64,000 bases of DNA from Camelus ferus. Lineage: Eukaryota. The stretch lies in assembly GCF_009834535.1 (NCBI RefSeq), contig NC_045696.1, positions 68,076,001-68,140,000 on the forward strand, given 5' to 3'. This document shows, piece by piece, positions 24,582-37,161 of this stretch. How positions within the stretch are numbered: position 1 is the first letter of the stretch; each line of letters begins with the position of its first letter. The notes under the pieces were generated by a model. It was not told where the DNA came from and searched no databases. It saw only the letters and a program-made list of their open reading frames with translations. The translations under genes were made by a program, and so were the position numbers.

Positions 24582-27500
24582 AAGAAAGAAGGAAAGAAAG
24601 ATAAATATTTTCTAGCCTCAGTTCTGTGGTTTACCTGCTTCCAAGCATGAATCCCATTAACCCCCCGGCCACTCACCCACTCTATTTGTAGAAAGTCAGG
24701 AGAGGTGAGGTCCTCATCCATACACCAGTGTCCTTTCTCATTTCTGTGACTTGCATTAGGAACATACTGCCATTTCCTCCTGGCATACAAGCCATCTAGA
24801 GTGGACTCCCACAGCACGCTTCCATTCCTTCTTCCCTTCCCCATCTCTGCCTCACACATACCTTCAAGCCCACGGATATCCACCCAGATGGGAGCTCCCC
24901 CCATGCAACACAACGTACCTCCCCCTTCCTCAGCTCGGTCTCTTCCAGCTAGGGGCAGCCTTCCAATGCCACATTCCAGGAAAAATCCCCACCCACCAGT
25001 GCAATCGCTGAGCTAGGACACCTAATTACTGCCCAGGGTCAAAGTCTCAGCTTCACTCAACCAGTTACTAAATGAGTTGCTCTTTGTCCTGCATTATCAT
25101 CCCAGTACCTGATCCCACTGATGGTTCCAGAGCCCTTGCTCAGCCTGGTTTTCATGCAAATCTCGAGAGATCCCTTTAATGTCCCCTAGAGCCAGCAAGA
25201 TAAATTTGAATCTACTTAAATCTATTTAAATCTCCCTTTTCTCTGTTTCCCACCACCACTGCACACTGGCCATTCAAAAGCCAGCCTCAACAACCACCCT
25301 TCTTCCCTACACGTGCCTGCATGTGCCTGGCAGGTTCTTCTCTGACTTGACCTTCTTCCACTTGGGCGACTCCTATTCAGCCCTAAAGACTCTCTAAGGA
25401 CACTCCTCCCTCTGGAAGCTTCCCAGAAGTTAACCCTCCTCAGTGCAGCCAAAACACATGCCTAGAACAGCACACAGACACACACACAGACCCACGTGCT
25501 CCTCAAGAACAGGGACCGAGTCCTCCTCATCTTTGTACCCCCAGGGCCAGCCAGTTCCTGGTCCACAGCAGACTGGCTTCAGAACTCATGTGCTTCATGC
25601 GCTGTTCCACTCCTTTCTGTGTGGAATATAGTAGTGTGCTCCGGCCTCTGGTTTTCCTATGGTACCTGGCTTCTATCTCCCTGCCCATTTTCTATTTAAT
25701 GCAGCAAATCTCTGGGCTCTGGGGGCTTCCCAGGCCTCATGAGTTACACTCTTGCCCTTGGCCTAAACCCATCATCATTCCAGCATCTTCAGCCATAGTT
25801 GTGAAATCAAATCGAATCTTCGTGGTTCCCAATCAACCTGTGCTAGTTCCCCAGCAGAGTGATGTCACATGTTAACACCTAGAGCCAGAGTTCCATAATT
25901 TTGAGCACATCTCTAATTAGCTGTGTGACCTCGCACAAGAGTTAAGATGAGATGACAGGGTCACCAGGCCCAATTCTCAGGGGATTTTTGAGATCCAAAT
26001 GGAATATCAGATGAGAAGCTTTTATAAAGTGCAAAGCACTGTACATTCATAAAGGGTATGATTAACAAATTTTATCAATCCTAAACTATCAACTGTAAGG
26101 TATACCATTATCAAGTTAGAATGAAAAACTGCTCAACCATGACACAACTGTGATTACCAAACAACCCAATTTCGGTGATATTAAAATGTGAAAATTTGCT
26201 GATGAATTACAATTAATTTGTCTCAATAAAATGCAGGAACCTGCCGTAAAATGTTCATATTTGCCAATGGCACATAATAGATACTCAGTCATTAACATAC
26301 GTGGAGTACATAGGCAAACACCCATTGACAATACTCTTAGGTGCTCTTACTGAAATTATTGCCTCTCTCACTGAAACCCACAGCAGAAGGCTTCCCAGTG
26401 CCAGTTCCCCCCACCTCACTCATGTCCTGGCCTGCTCAAAACCCTCAAACAAAGACTTCATGTCATATCCACGCCTGGCATTTTTAAGGACCTTCGTAAC
26501 GAAGTTTCCTCTCCCACCAAGCACTGCCTGAAACTGACTGTCCACCTCCCCTAGAGCAATGACCACTGGAATATGTCACTCCAAGAAGGGTCCTACTCAG
26601 TCCCAACCATAGTAACCAGTCCAAAAGCTCAGTTTCTCCTGCCTCTGCCAATCCTCAAAGCCAGCTCTAGGCCCACCCACCACTGCTTACAAGGAGAACT
26701 CTGTGGGGCTGCCTGACCAGAAGGCCCCAGGCCTGTACCCCTACCATTCAGACAGCTAACCCCAACTAATCATCTCCCATCTAGAGTCCACATTCTAAAC
26801 TGTAAAAGCCTGGCTGTTGGGGTTGGGGTCCTGCCCAGATTAAATGCAAGATATACTTCTTTTAACTGAGCCTGGTGCTGGCAGGGACCCTGAAAGAAGG
26901 CCTGTCATGGTGTAGAGAGAACCCTATTGGAGTTGCAGCCTCCCACCATCCACCAGTATTCACGGCAGGCCTTAGAACCAGCACCCACCTTCTCTGAGAC
27001 ATTAATTTTGTTTCCCTACGTGTAAAAGCAGGGAGGGTGAGGATAGGGAGAGGGGAGGATGTTAGCTGTTTTCCCTCCTTCCACATAAAGACATTCTTAA
27101 AATGCAGTGGAGCAGGGGGATGTAAGCCATTAAGTCACTAACACCTTAGTGAGAAAGAGTTTTATTAGGAAGCAAGCAATTTAGAAAAAGGGGGAGGAGG
27201 CGGAAAGAGAGGGGACTGGATGCAAAGTTAAGTCTGGTACTCGAAAAGAAGCTCAAACATGAACCCAAATTTTTGCATTCTGTCTTGAGGGAGAGAAGGC
27301 GGTGGATCCCTGGGAAGGGAAACCAGAGATCTTTCAGCTCCCCAGGACCCCAAAGTCCCCAAAACATTCCTCTGTCCAAGTGCTCAGGCACAGTTCCACT
27401 GTATCTCATCTCATGTACCCCACGCCCCCCTCCCATGTCCCCAGTACAGAAACAGTTTCACCTCCATTCTCCACCTTTATCTAGTCTTCCTTGCTCTGCA

Positions 27501-27991
27501 GTTCCCCCTCCAGCAAAGGGCCTGGCTCCCAGCTGGCTGGCTTCAGGAAACGCCCCTCTCCTGCAAAAGCCTCTGATCCCTCCTCAGGGACCAGGAAATC
27601 AAGCTCCTTTCCCTGAGCCCCTTAAAACTTTATCCATGCGTTTTCCCCAGCACTTAGCACTTTCTATCTGGGGTCAGGTTTGGCTCCTCGGTAGACTGAA
27701 CGCTCCCTGAAGGCAGGGTCTGGGCCCTGACCGTCTCTCTGACCTCACAACCCAGCACTGCGCCCGGCATACTGAGGGTGCTCAGAAATGCTTGGAGGAA
27801 AGGAACTAGGAGTCGGAAGCCATCTATTTTAATTACGGCTCGGCCACTAGTGAGTGACTTCGGGGGAGGCTCTTCTTCTCTCTGGACCTCAGTTGCCCCA
27901 ACTGGAAAATGGGGGAACTTGAGGGCTAGGTTCCTAGGCCCCTTCCTCTGTGACAACTGGGATTCCGCGAAAGCTCTACGCGGCTGGGTGT

Positions 27992-28002
27992 GGCCCCGCC
28001 CC
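27992..28002 (-). promoter_or_regulatory. GC box (SP/KLF)
   Basis: GGCCCCGCCCC (GGGGCGGGGCC on -) at the left edge of the island. Confidence 0.5.
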
Positions 28003-28484
28003 CTGGGAGCCCAGAAAAGCAGGGGCAGGGGGCGCGCAGGGAAGAGTTACAACGCCGCCCGGCCCCTAGTTGACGCTTCCCGAAAAATTCGGGGTCCCCC
28101 TCCCCCATGCGTGCACCCCGTGATCGCGCCGCGGCCGGCACTTCCGCACCGCGGGCCCTGCGGCCCGAGCCGAGCGCGCACTCGGCGCCCCGCACCCCGC
28201 GCTCCTGCCTCCCCGGAGGCGCTCGCGCCCGGGGAGGGCCGGGGGTTCCCGAGGCGCCCGCGGGCGGAGGGTGAGGGGAAGGAAGGAGAATTTGCAACAA
28301 TACCTCGGGGAGGAGGCGGCCGGGGCAGCGGCGGCAGCGGCGGCGGCTGGAGGCGGAGGCAGCGGCGCAGGAGGAGGTGCCCGGGCACTCCCCCTCCCAT
28401 TGTCCCCAGCCCCGGCCAGGCCCGGCCCTGCGCCCCGCACCGCGCCCCGAGCCCCGCGCCCTGAGCCGCGCAGCCAGCCCTTAC

Positions 28485-28496
28485 CTTGCAGCGGCC
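28485..28496 (-). other. Visible 3' end of a probable first exon of a minus-strand gene (rest hidden in gap 28497-28668)
   Basis: Minus strand reads GGCCGCTGCAAG|GTAAGG, a near-consensus 5' splice site, followed by G-run-rich sequence typical of first-intron starts. Coding status and gene identity cannot be determined. Confidence 0.6.
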
Positions 28497-28668
28497 NNNN
28501 NNNNNNNNNNNNNNNNNNNNNNNNNNNNNNNNNNNNNNNNNNNNNNNNNNNNNNNNNNNNNNNNNNNNNNNNNNNNNNNNNNNNNNNNNNNNNNNNNNNN
28601 NNNNNNNNNNNNNNNNNNNNNNNNNNNNNNNNNNNNNNNNNNNNNNNNNNNNNNNNNNNNNNNNNNNN
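28497..28668. other. Assembly gap (172 N) in the CpG island
   Basis: N run. Confidence 1.
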
Positions 28669-28689
28669 GGTGCCCTGAGAGCTGGAGGC

Positions 28690-28697
28690 TGACGTCA
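28690..28697. promoter_or_regulatory. Full palindromic CRE (CREB/ATF site) TGACGTCA
   Basis: Exact consensus inside the CpG island. Confidence 0.6.
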
Positions 28698-29098
28698 GGG
28701 GCCTGAATTCCTGACTTTGCCTGCACGCATTTGTCCATGTAAGGTATGGGAAGGCGGATGCCCGCGGGGCCGCCGCGCTCGCCGCCAGGGGAGGGGGCGC
28801 CCGGCCCGGGCCGTGGCCTCGCCCCTGCCCCAAGGTGGGCGCACCGAAGGCAGTTGATTTCCTGGGAGGAAGAGGAGGAGACGCGGGTACGCGGGGAACT
28901 CGCCAGGGAGGAAGGGAAAGGGAGGCGTGGAGGCTTTGCCTGTACTGGAGGAAGAGGAAGGAGACGCAGAAGGAGGAAGCGGCCAGGGCGAGGGGCTGCG
29001 GAAGAAACGGGGGAACCTGCATCCACTGTTAGGGCGGAAGATTAGGGCGAGCAGACGAGCTCCTGCCATGGAATCCCCTTCCGAGATCTTGCTGGGGA

Positions 29099-29108
29099 GC
29101 CCCGCCCC
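29099..29108 (-). promoter_or_regulatory. GC box (SP/KLF)
   Basis: GCCCCGCCCC in the right part of the island. Confidence 0.5.
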
Positions 29109-29410
29109 TGATTCCCAGCAAGCCTCGAACGTACTTGATGTCAGACCTGGCCAAGACCAACTTCCAACCTGTCCACTTCACACATGGGAAAACTGAAGCT
29201 CTCGGAAGAGAAATGACTTGTACAAGGTCATGCACGCTACAGATCCAGGCGCGGGACCCGGACGCTCAGCCTCCCAGCTGTGTTCCCGCCGCCAGGCAGG
29301 GTCCTGACTCCCTCCTTCCCACCGAGCAGTGAGTCAAGCTAGCGTCAGCGGGCAACGCGGACCACCCTGGGAAGAGTTTCTGAACTTCCCTTGGCGCCGG
29401 ACGGAGTCAG

Positions 29411-29425
29411 TTTCTGGAAAGTTCG
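29411..29425. promoter_or_regulatory. Perfect three-pentamer heat shock element
   Basis: tTTCt-gGAAa-gTTCg matches nTTCn nGAAn nTTCn at the island's right edge. Confidence 0.4.
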
Positions 29426-32400
29426 TACTGCCAGGGAGTCCTGAATAGCCATGCCGGTCAGTTGCTTCAAGGCAACTTCCTCTGTCCGGTGCTCAAATAA
29501 ACGAACCCCTGGAGTTTAACGTTTACCTCACCGACCTTTCCGGAAGCCCAGAAAGCTTACTCTGCTTATAACTTCAAAAAAAAAAAATCTGCAAACTGGG
29601 TGAACTGGTTTGAATAAAGGCAAGCCTGTTCATGGAAGATCTGATTCGGATTTTTTTCCCTCGGACATTTGTAAATGTGAGCAACCAGGAGATCCACCGT
29701 TTACTATGTCAAGGGGTTATAAGGTGCAGCAGCCATTGCCTGGAAGGCATTCCAAAGGCTGGGGACTCCATTTCCTTGTATTTCTGTCCTACTGATGTCT
29801 AAACTATCATTCTTCACCTCAGTGCATCACAAAAGCACTTTCTCACTGGTTCATTAGATCTTGTTAGGACAAATTGTAGCCCTCCGTTTACATTTGAGGA
29901 AAAAACTCGGGGAAAATGACTTGCCCAACACAAAATAAGCAACAGAGCAAGCACCTGAACCCACCTCCTCCCATCAGGTCACCTGACTAATCTCATGATT
30001 TTTTTCCACCTAACAAGGAGACTCTTATCTCCTAATTCCCATTAATGAATGTTGAGACTACACTCTGAATTACCAATTCATGAAACCTCCAAAACTTGGT
30101 TCTTTAGGCATTTGGTGGGATTTCTTTGACCATGAGTTAAAGAAACATGCAGAAACACTTATTTTTGCCCTTAACCATTTATCAGGCATTTCTTTGTTGC
30201 AAGGTCTTTGATTTCATTCACACGCTCCTGGATCCAAATTACTCAGTCTCTCTTGTTCTCAATGTCTCATCTACTCAGACAAAAATATGAAAATAGCAGA
30301 GAGATAAAGCCAAGAGTATCTATTCCATGCAATAATGAAATATTTTTCTCTGTGCGACTAATACAGCTGGAAATGGGAAATATCAGCTCCTAAAGAGATT
30401 CTGTTCTGGGGCTTTAAAAAGATCAAATTCTATTACACCACAGTTCACTTACTCTGTCCTCAGCATTTCAGCAAACCCACATTCTGAGTCTGCTCTTTAA
30501 TAGGAAAAAATCCTGATATCACACAAAGTAAGAATGAATTCACTCAGTCCCCATCGGATATAACGGGACTTGACCAACATTGCTTTTTTTTTTTTATTCC
30601 CCAGTAACCCACTTATACAGAATAATAGGGTTCTAATGAGGATTAATAAGATTTAATAAGGTATAATTAGAGTCATTCATTTCCTTCATCATACACATTG
30701 TAAGAGTGCTGTGTTAGATCCAGAAATGCTCCTAATTATGTTGAAACTGTTGTATGAGTGTGTTGAGGAAGATCACTGTGTCTCTCCTCCTGAAATATTT
30801 ATGAATTGCTCAGGTGGGCATGGTGTTAGCACAAGCATTATATAAAGTTAATCACAAAAGATCATTTCCACTCATGAGGCCACTCACCAGGAGCATAAGA
30901 GGCGAAGTCGTAAATTGGATGCTTGGCGAACCACATGCGGTTTTGTCATCAGTGCAAACCCAAATCAAAAGCCTCATTCGCATTTGCTGTACTGGTTTCT
31001 TTTGTATTCTCACTTTTCTCAACAACCCTATTAAAACCTGCTGCGTGCAGGGACTTGGGAAGGAAAGGAAGGCTGTATAAACGTGCAGACTCAATGCTAG
31101 AAAAATACAGGTTTACCAATTCACAGACTGAAAGAAACAGAATTTTGGGTGGGGCAGAGGGCATGTGACTGGAGGATTGAATACATGTGGCGTAATAGCC
31201 TACAGGTGTCATCTCTTTGGTCCAGTGATGGCACGCAAGACTGAACAAGGCGAGCCTGTGGTCCCACAGTTTCCTTGCATCCATGACAGGCTCTTACCCA
31301 GAGGCCTCTGTGTAAGTTCATGTCAGTTCTTCCTCTTTGCTTACACGTGACCGACAACATTGCAAGGATTTTTCATCCGCATTTCATTTAACCCTCACAA
31401 AACCCTTCTGAGGTTGGCATTATTTTCTCTATTTTGCCCAAGAGGAAAGTAAAGCCCAGGGAGGTTACATGGCCTGCTCTGAACACAGAGCTATTCCATG
31501 GGTAAGCCGAGACCCCCACCTCTGAGCCCAGACAGCCTGGCTCTTCGCTCCCCCGCTGCTGAGTGACCATCTGGTCTCAGTCTGAACATTCCAACGTGCA
31601 GAACTCATAATCTGCCACAGCTGACCCAGAGGGAAAGCTATGAAGAGGCTGCTGGAGAAATAATAAGAACGGGGGCATTGAAGATAGAAGGTAAATACCA
31701 ACCTGATGTGGCCTCTTGCCAGCTCAAAATCCATCAGGCCAGACTTCTTAGTGTGGTGCGCGTAGCCCTTCAGCCTCAGGTCTGCCAGTCCTCAGCCCTC
31801 CAGACAGTTGAAGGACTCGTGGTTTCCCAGACACCCTAATTGTCCCTGCTTATCTGCCTTTATACAGGTTCCTCTTTCTCTGGGGAGACCTCTTTCTTCT
31901 CCATACACCTGGCAACCCTTACCCAGCTTCTTCAGACTCCCCTTCAATATCACCTCCTCCGAGAGGACTTTTTATGCCTACCACCACCTCTGATGGATGC
32001 ATTGCCCCTACAGAGCACTCCCTTCACTCTGAATCCCCACTCCCTGCACCCTGTCCCTACTCTGCTACTTCTCAGCTACTGCACTGAGGGTATAATTTGC
32101 CTCTGAATCTTTAACAGACTGCCTGCCTTCACCACTGTAGGCATTCGCTGTTGTGGGTTGTTTTTTTTTCCCCCTTCTTATTCTTCTTGGTCTTCTTCTT
32201 CCTGGTGAAAGGCAGAGAAAGATGCAGAAGGTGTATGACTGGGCACTTAAGTAAAGTCAGATAACGTCCTTAAGAGATGAGACCTGGATGGAAGCAGACC
32301 CTTGGGAAGAGAGAGGAGGAGTCAGTGGAGTCTGGCCACCTGGAAGGAGAGGCAGGGAGGGCGTGGGGAGGCAAAGGAGAAGCAGGTTGGGAGTCCTTCC

Positions 32401-32727
32401 CTTGTCCTAAAGTTGCTGTACAAGCTCATGGCAAGTCACCTCCTCTCTGGGCTGTGTCTTTATCCATTCGATTAGGCTCATAGACTTAATGTTCTCCAAC
32501 ACTCCCCCGGTTCTTCGGTTTGATACAACTTTCAACCTGTTGACCAAATTCATCTTCCCAAAGCATAGCACGCCCCACTCTTAATACTCTGAAACATATA
32601 AAGGTTCCACGATATCAACCACATTAAGGCCAAACACGTTAGCTGCCCCTCCCTGGTTTTATGATCAGCTTTTCCAACTATAGACTGCACCTCCAACCCT
32701 CCACCATCACCACCACCACACACTCAC

Positions 32728-32728
<1 letters not shown>

Positions 32729-32765
<37 letters not shown>
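32729..32765. repeat. (CA)n microsatellite
   Basis: Pure AC repeat of ~18 units. Confidence 0.97.
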
Positions 32766-32766
<1 letters not shown>

Positions 32767-35700
32767 CTTCCTTCACTTCCTGCCTTTGGGCTTTTTCTAA
32801 TTTAGTTTCCTCTTCTTGAAATACTTTCCCAGGCTCACCTCCACCAATGCAGAGTTGACTTGTGCCGCCAATATCGCTTCCAGGAATCACCTCCCTGTGG
32901 CTCATTCCCTCCCGGTCTCCTCCATTGTTATGAAAACAATTCCTCTAGCTTCTGAAAAAGGCATGCACTTGATTGTCTCCTTGCATTGTAATTTTTCAGA
33001 AGTGTGTTTCAGAGATCCGCTCCTCTCAAACGTACGGCCCTTCACGGTGGGCTCCACATGGTCTTTATTTCTCCTCCCCAGCAGCCACGGCAACACCTGG
33101 GACTTACAACCAAATGTTATCCAGTGAGGGAGTGAGTGAGTGAGTCCTTCATCTTGGCTAGAAAAGCAACACAGTTAATGCTCTCTCTCTGCAAGATTGG
33201 TCATGTTACTTTAGACCATGACTCTGGGCAGTTAGGAGAGAATTAATATTTGTCATTTGTTACAAGTTGCCCTGAATGCACAGTTCTAGGCCTTCTCGCA
33301 TTTAGCATGTGTCAGTTTTATAAAATCTAAGGATATAGTTCTGCTATAGGAGACACAGAAAGCAACGGTTACTTTGCATCTTTATATCAAATTAATGCTT
33401 TTTAAAAATACCCGAGGTTATCATTTTCTAGGAAAAGTTAAGCACAAGTGACAGTTCCAATATTTGATGTAAGTTGCTCTATAGCTGAGCTTAGTTTTTT
33501 CTCTCAAGCCTGTTGTACCTGCTTGGGACACAAGCAAGACCTCTGGCTGGGTCAGGTGAGCATCAGCCTTTTGTAGAGGGATGAAAACTTGATGTGGTTA
33601 AAAGAGTCGTAGGCTTTTAGTAACTGCAGCATTGAAGATAATGAAGCAGTTGACAAAAGGTTTGTTTACTCTCTGTTCTTCACACCTCATTGTACAATGG
33701 GAAAATAAAATGATCTTCATGTAAAAAAGAATACATATTCAGACTTCCTAGATGAGTATTTTCTCCCTGTTGTGAATACTAGGTCTTTACTTGAGGGGAA
33801 AATGGTGTCACGAGCTTTCTGTATTGATTGAGAGGAATCAAGCCAACCTGGACTACTGATGGTTTGTACCTGCCCATGAATTTTTGCACAGTTTTACCCA
33901 CTTTGCAGCCCAGTTTTCAGCCAGAATGCTGTAATCATTGTTTGCATTTTACCAGAGTGCAGGGTTGGAGTATCCGAATGCATCCTGGCCCATCCCAACT
34001 CAGCGCCTTGTCCAGTCTGCTGGCAAGCACAGAACATAGAGCTGCCACCACGCCTGGAAGCCAAGGAAACGTCAGAGGTCAGGCAGCTGGGTCTGACAAG
34101 GAGCTGGTCTGCAGGAGTACAGATGTTGATGGATGGAGCTCTAATCCGTCTTGGGTCCACTACCAATGAAAAGTTTCACAGAGACTCAAACACAAACGGA
34201 CACAGTTTATATCACTTTTTTATGCTAATAAGTATGTACTATACACTTGCTAACTATTCTAGGCCTCGGATTAGTGTTAAGAAAAAGAGACATAGTGCTT
34301 GTTCTCCATGCTAACACAAAGATAATACATCATAGTAATTCCAAGGGAAAGGGTTGGTGAGATCGCTTGGCTGAGATCTCACAGGGTCATCTTTGACCTC
34401 TCTCTCCCCCCAGTATGTCTCTTCAATGAGTTGTCAAGTCTGGCCAGTTCTGCCCTAAAAAGTTCCCTTCCATTTGTCCCCTTCCATGAGATCAGGTTCG
34501 TTACATTACAGAGTAGTCCCATCATTGATGCATTTAGCATTCACAGATTTAGCCTGAGAGCAGAGAGGATGAAGGTAACAACATAAATGCTACTAGTGGT
34601 CCTCTGCACCTGGGTTCTTGTGAGCAGGAGATGCGAGATGTGAACCTGCTGTCTCACATGGGGTCTCCCAGTCTCTGCCTGCCTGTGTTATCAGCTCTCT
34701 CACCTCTATGATTTTGTTTAAAGATACCCATTTTTATTATGCGCGGTCCCCAGTTAAAAGCCAGCTGCTGCTTCTGGGGCTCAACCAATAAACAAGAGCA
34801 TTTTTCAGTCCCAAAGCTGAAGGAAAAACAGGCTGGGTTGGGCTCCAACATGGCATCTTCCTAAGAATTTTTCACGGATAATTTCAAGCAAAAATTTTCA
34901 CTTTACGCTTTCATTTTCATCACTAACACTAACATTAGGTGGAGCTCCATTGTATGGTTACCAGAAAAACTCAAAGGCACTTTGAGTTTATTATATTAGT
35001 GCAATTCTACCAAAATAAAAATAAAAAGATATCCATAGAGAACAGTAGGTCAGCAACTCATTTTGCATCCCTAAAATGATTTTTTTTTTTTTTAAACCAA
35101 AGGCCTGGTGTTTTCACCATCCATTTGAACCTCACAACTTCCCAGTCAGATACATGGTATTATTTCATTTGTCAGGTTGACTCATGGAACACCATACTAC
35201 CTTAATATCTCACCTTTAGATCCTGGTCCTCCCTAGTTCCAGATCTCCCAGGTGGCTGCATCTGTGTGACTTGAGGCTCAGATACCTGAAGGTACTGAGA
35301 AGGCTCTGACTATAAGATCTAGCATCCTTTCAGCAGGCTAGTTTATGCTAAGCTTTCTTTTTGCTTACGACACGTGGAATAATAAACAGGGAAAGAGCCG
35401 AAACCCTTCAGGATTTCCTGAGCAGAAATCTAAGCAGTGCAAATGGCTTTTGGTGGCATGTGCAAATTCCAAGTAAGCCAGGTCACATTTTTTTAGGCCC
35501 CCATGCTGTGCACCAATGAAGCACTCAACCATATAACTGAGCCCGGGGAGGATGCTTGAGCTAGGAGTCAAGAGACTTGGGTTCTAGCTCCAAGTCTGCT
35601 AATAATAAAAAATGTAAAAGCACACTGCCAACTATAAACGCTATACAAATAAATGAAACTATTGTTGTTTGTTTCCATGATTCCTAGCAATGCTTTTCCT

Positions 35701-36717
35701 ACCACTGAACTTTTTCAACACTGTTCTCAACGTTAGCCTCCAGTATTCTCTCACGGTCTATTTGATCCTGGGTTTGTCAGCCTACTGATAATAATAGATC
35801 TACTAAACCACAAAATGACCCAAATGCAATATATATTGAGCCTTGGTTTCTCCAAATAGATGGTAGATAGGAAGACTTTCTAGAGCATCAAGCTCTTAAA
35901 TGGAGGATTACTGAACTGATGTCTAAATACTCCAAGTGCTTTTCTTTAAAGAAAAAAAAAGCAGTTGCTGCATTGGGATGATGGGTGAGTCTCCAATTAA
36001 ACTCTTTAAAGCACATGGCTTTGACATTTTATTCCTACCTCTGATTAAAATTAGAGGATTATACTTGATCACCATGGCAGTGGTAAAAGAAACAGATTTG
36101 ATTTTGTTTCCTTCTATTTTCTAATGACTAATTATTACAGTTCAAAAATTATCTAAATTGCAATGTCTCCTATTGCATACTCCTCCCCTTAATCAAAAGG
36201 GAAATAGCATTCACTGAGGTAGAGAAAAAAGAGACTCAAGAATCCTGGGCAGTTTATCTGACCCTGTTACTAACTCACTGCTGACAGTTTGATTATTAGA
36301 GGATGAGCTTTTATACTGAGTCTGTCCTTCTAGAGCCTGAGTATGAGGGCAGAGGCTCTCCCTGACCCAGCACCTTTTATCTTAAATCAAAGTCTACAAA
36401 ACAACTATTAATGATGTGGCAAATGGGTGTTGCTAGCTGAGTAAGATAATCATATGTCCCACCAGCCCTGGACAATCCCAACTTCATGCTATTGTCTCAG
36501 GGAAATAATTAATACCACTGCTTTTCACTCTCAAAAGTGGCCCAGTTTGGACAGTTGATTTTTTTGGTTATTGTAAAGCACAGGACTTCTTGGGTACATA
36601 TTAACGTGGAAGCCCCTGCACATGACCTTTACTGGAATGAGTCATGGATTCTACTCTAAAAGAACAGAGTCTAATAAGCCATATATAACTCCTTTACACA
36701 AAGAAGAAAGTCATTGT

Positions 36718-36927
36718 TTTGTTTTGTTTTGTTTTGAGTAAAGGTAGATTTTTTCGGAGAGATACATACTCCATAGACAGAGTGCAGGCTGTGTCAGAAG
36801 GCCAGAGCAAGGCCACGAGGTGTGGGGTTTGGGTGCTCAGTTTAAAGCTAAAGTAGATACAGACTCTATAGACAGAGTGTGGACCATCTCACTCAGAAGA
36901 GAGAGCAGGCTTTTTTTTTTTTTTCCT
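36718..36927 (-). mobile_element. Unclassified poly(A)-tailed, internally dimeric retroposon (LTR R-region-like)
   Basis: Two ~50-bp related units (36760-36808, 36855-36906), an (AAAAC)n tail on -, and flanking direct repeat TCATTGT (36711-36717 / 36928-36934). Confidence 0.6.
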
Positions 36928-37108
36928 TCATTGTATTTTAAACTGCTATGCATGTTCTGCATTGGGGAGGAACTTCTAATTATTCTTGTATTTTTTCACA
37001 AATAGTTTCAAATACCTACTACAAGGCAGGCACTTGACTAAACATTAGGGATACAACAGGGAATAAGACATAGCTAAAGGGTTTGCTAGAGGCTAGTTGG
37101 GGGTATAA

Positions 37109-37112
<4 letters not shown>

Positions 37113-37159
<47 letters not shown>
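37113..37159. repeat. (CA)n microsatellite
   Basis: Pure AC repeat of ~23 units. Confidence 0.97.

Positions 37160-37161
<2 letters not shown>

Larger units (their letters stand above)
28300..28743 (+). other. Candidate non-coding first exon of a plus-strand transcript
   Basis: GGC-rich 5'UTR-like tract from ~28310. Overlapping donors CAT|GTAAGG (after 28738) and AAG|GTATGG (after 28743) are followed by G-rich sequence. All three + frames hit stops between 28669 and the donors. The start coordinate is a guess. Confidence 0.4.
27950..29470. promoter_or_regulatory. CpG island / probable (bidirectional) promoter
   Basis: Very high GC and dense unmethylated-type CpG, with GGC/GCC repeats at ~28315-28375, in an otherwise CpG-depleted window. 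Contains GC boxes and splice donors on both strands. Confidence 0.9.

Noticed and set aside
27778-29069. Long overlapping ORFs (228, 318, 181, 135 aa etc.) across the CpG island
   Set aside because: Expected from stop-codon scarcity in very GC-rich DNA. They are Pro/Arg/Gly/Ala low-complexity, occur in several frames on both strands, read through an N gap, and show no recognisable domain.
29068-29196. gccATGG strong-Kozak 42-aa ORF (MESPSEILLG...)
   Set aside because: Runs into a MIR fragment, is not recognisable, and would lie in the intron of the putative plus transcript.
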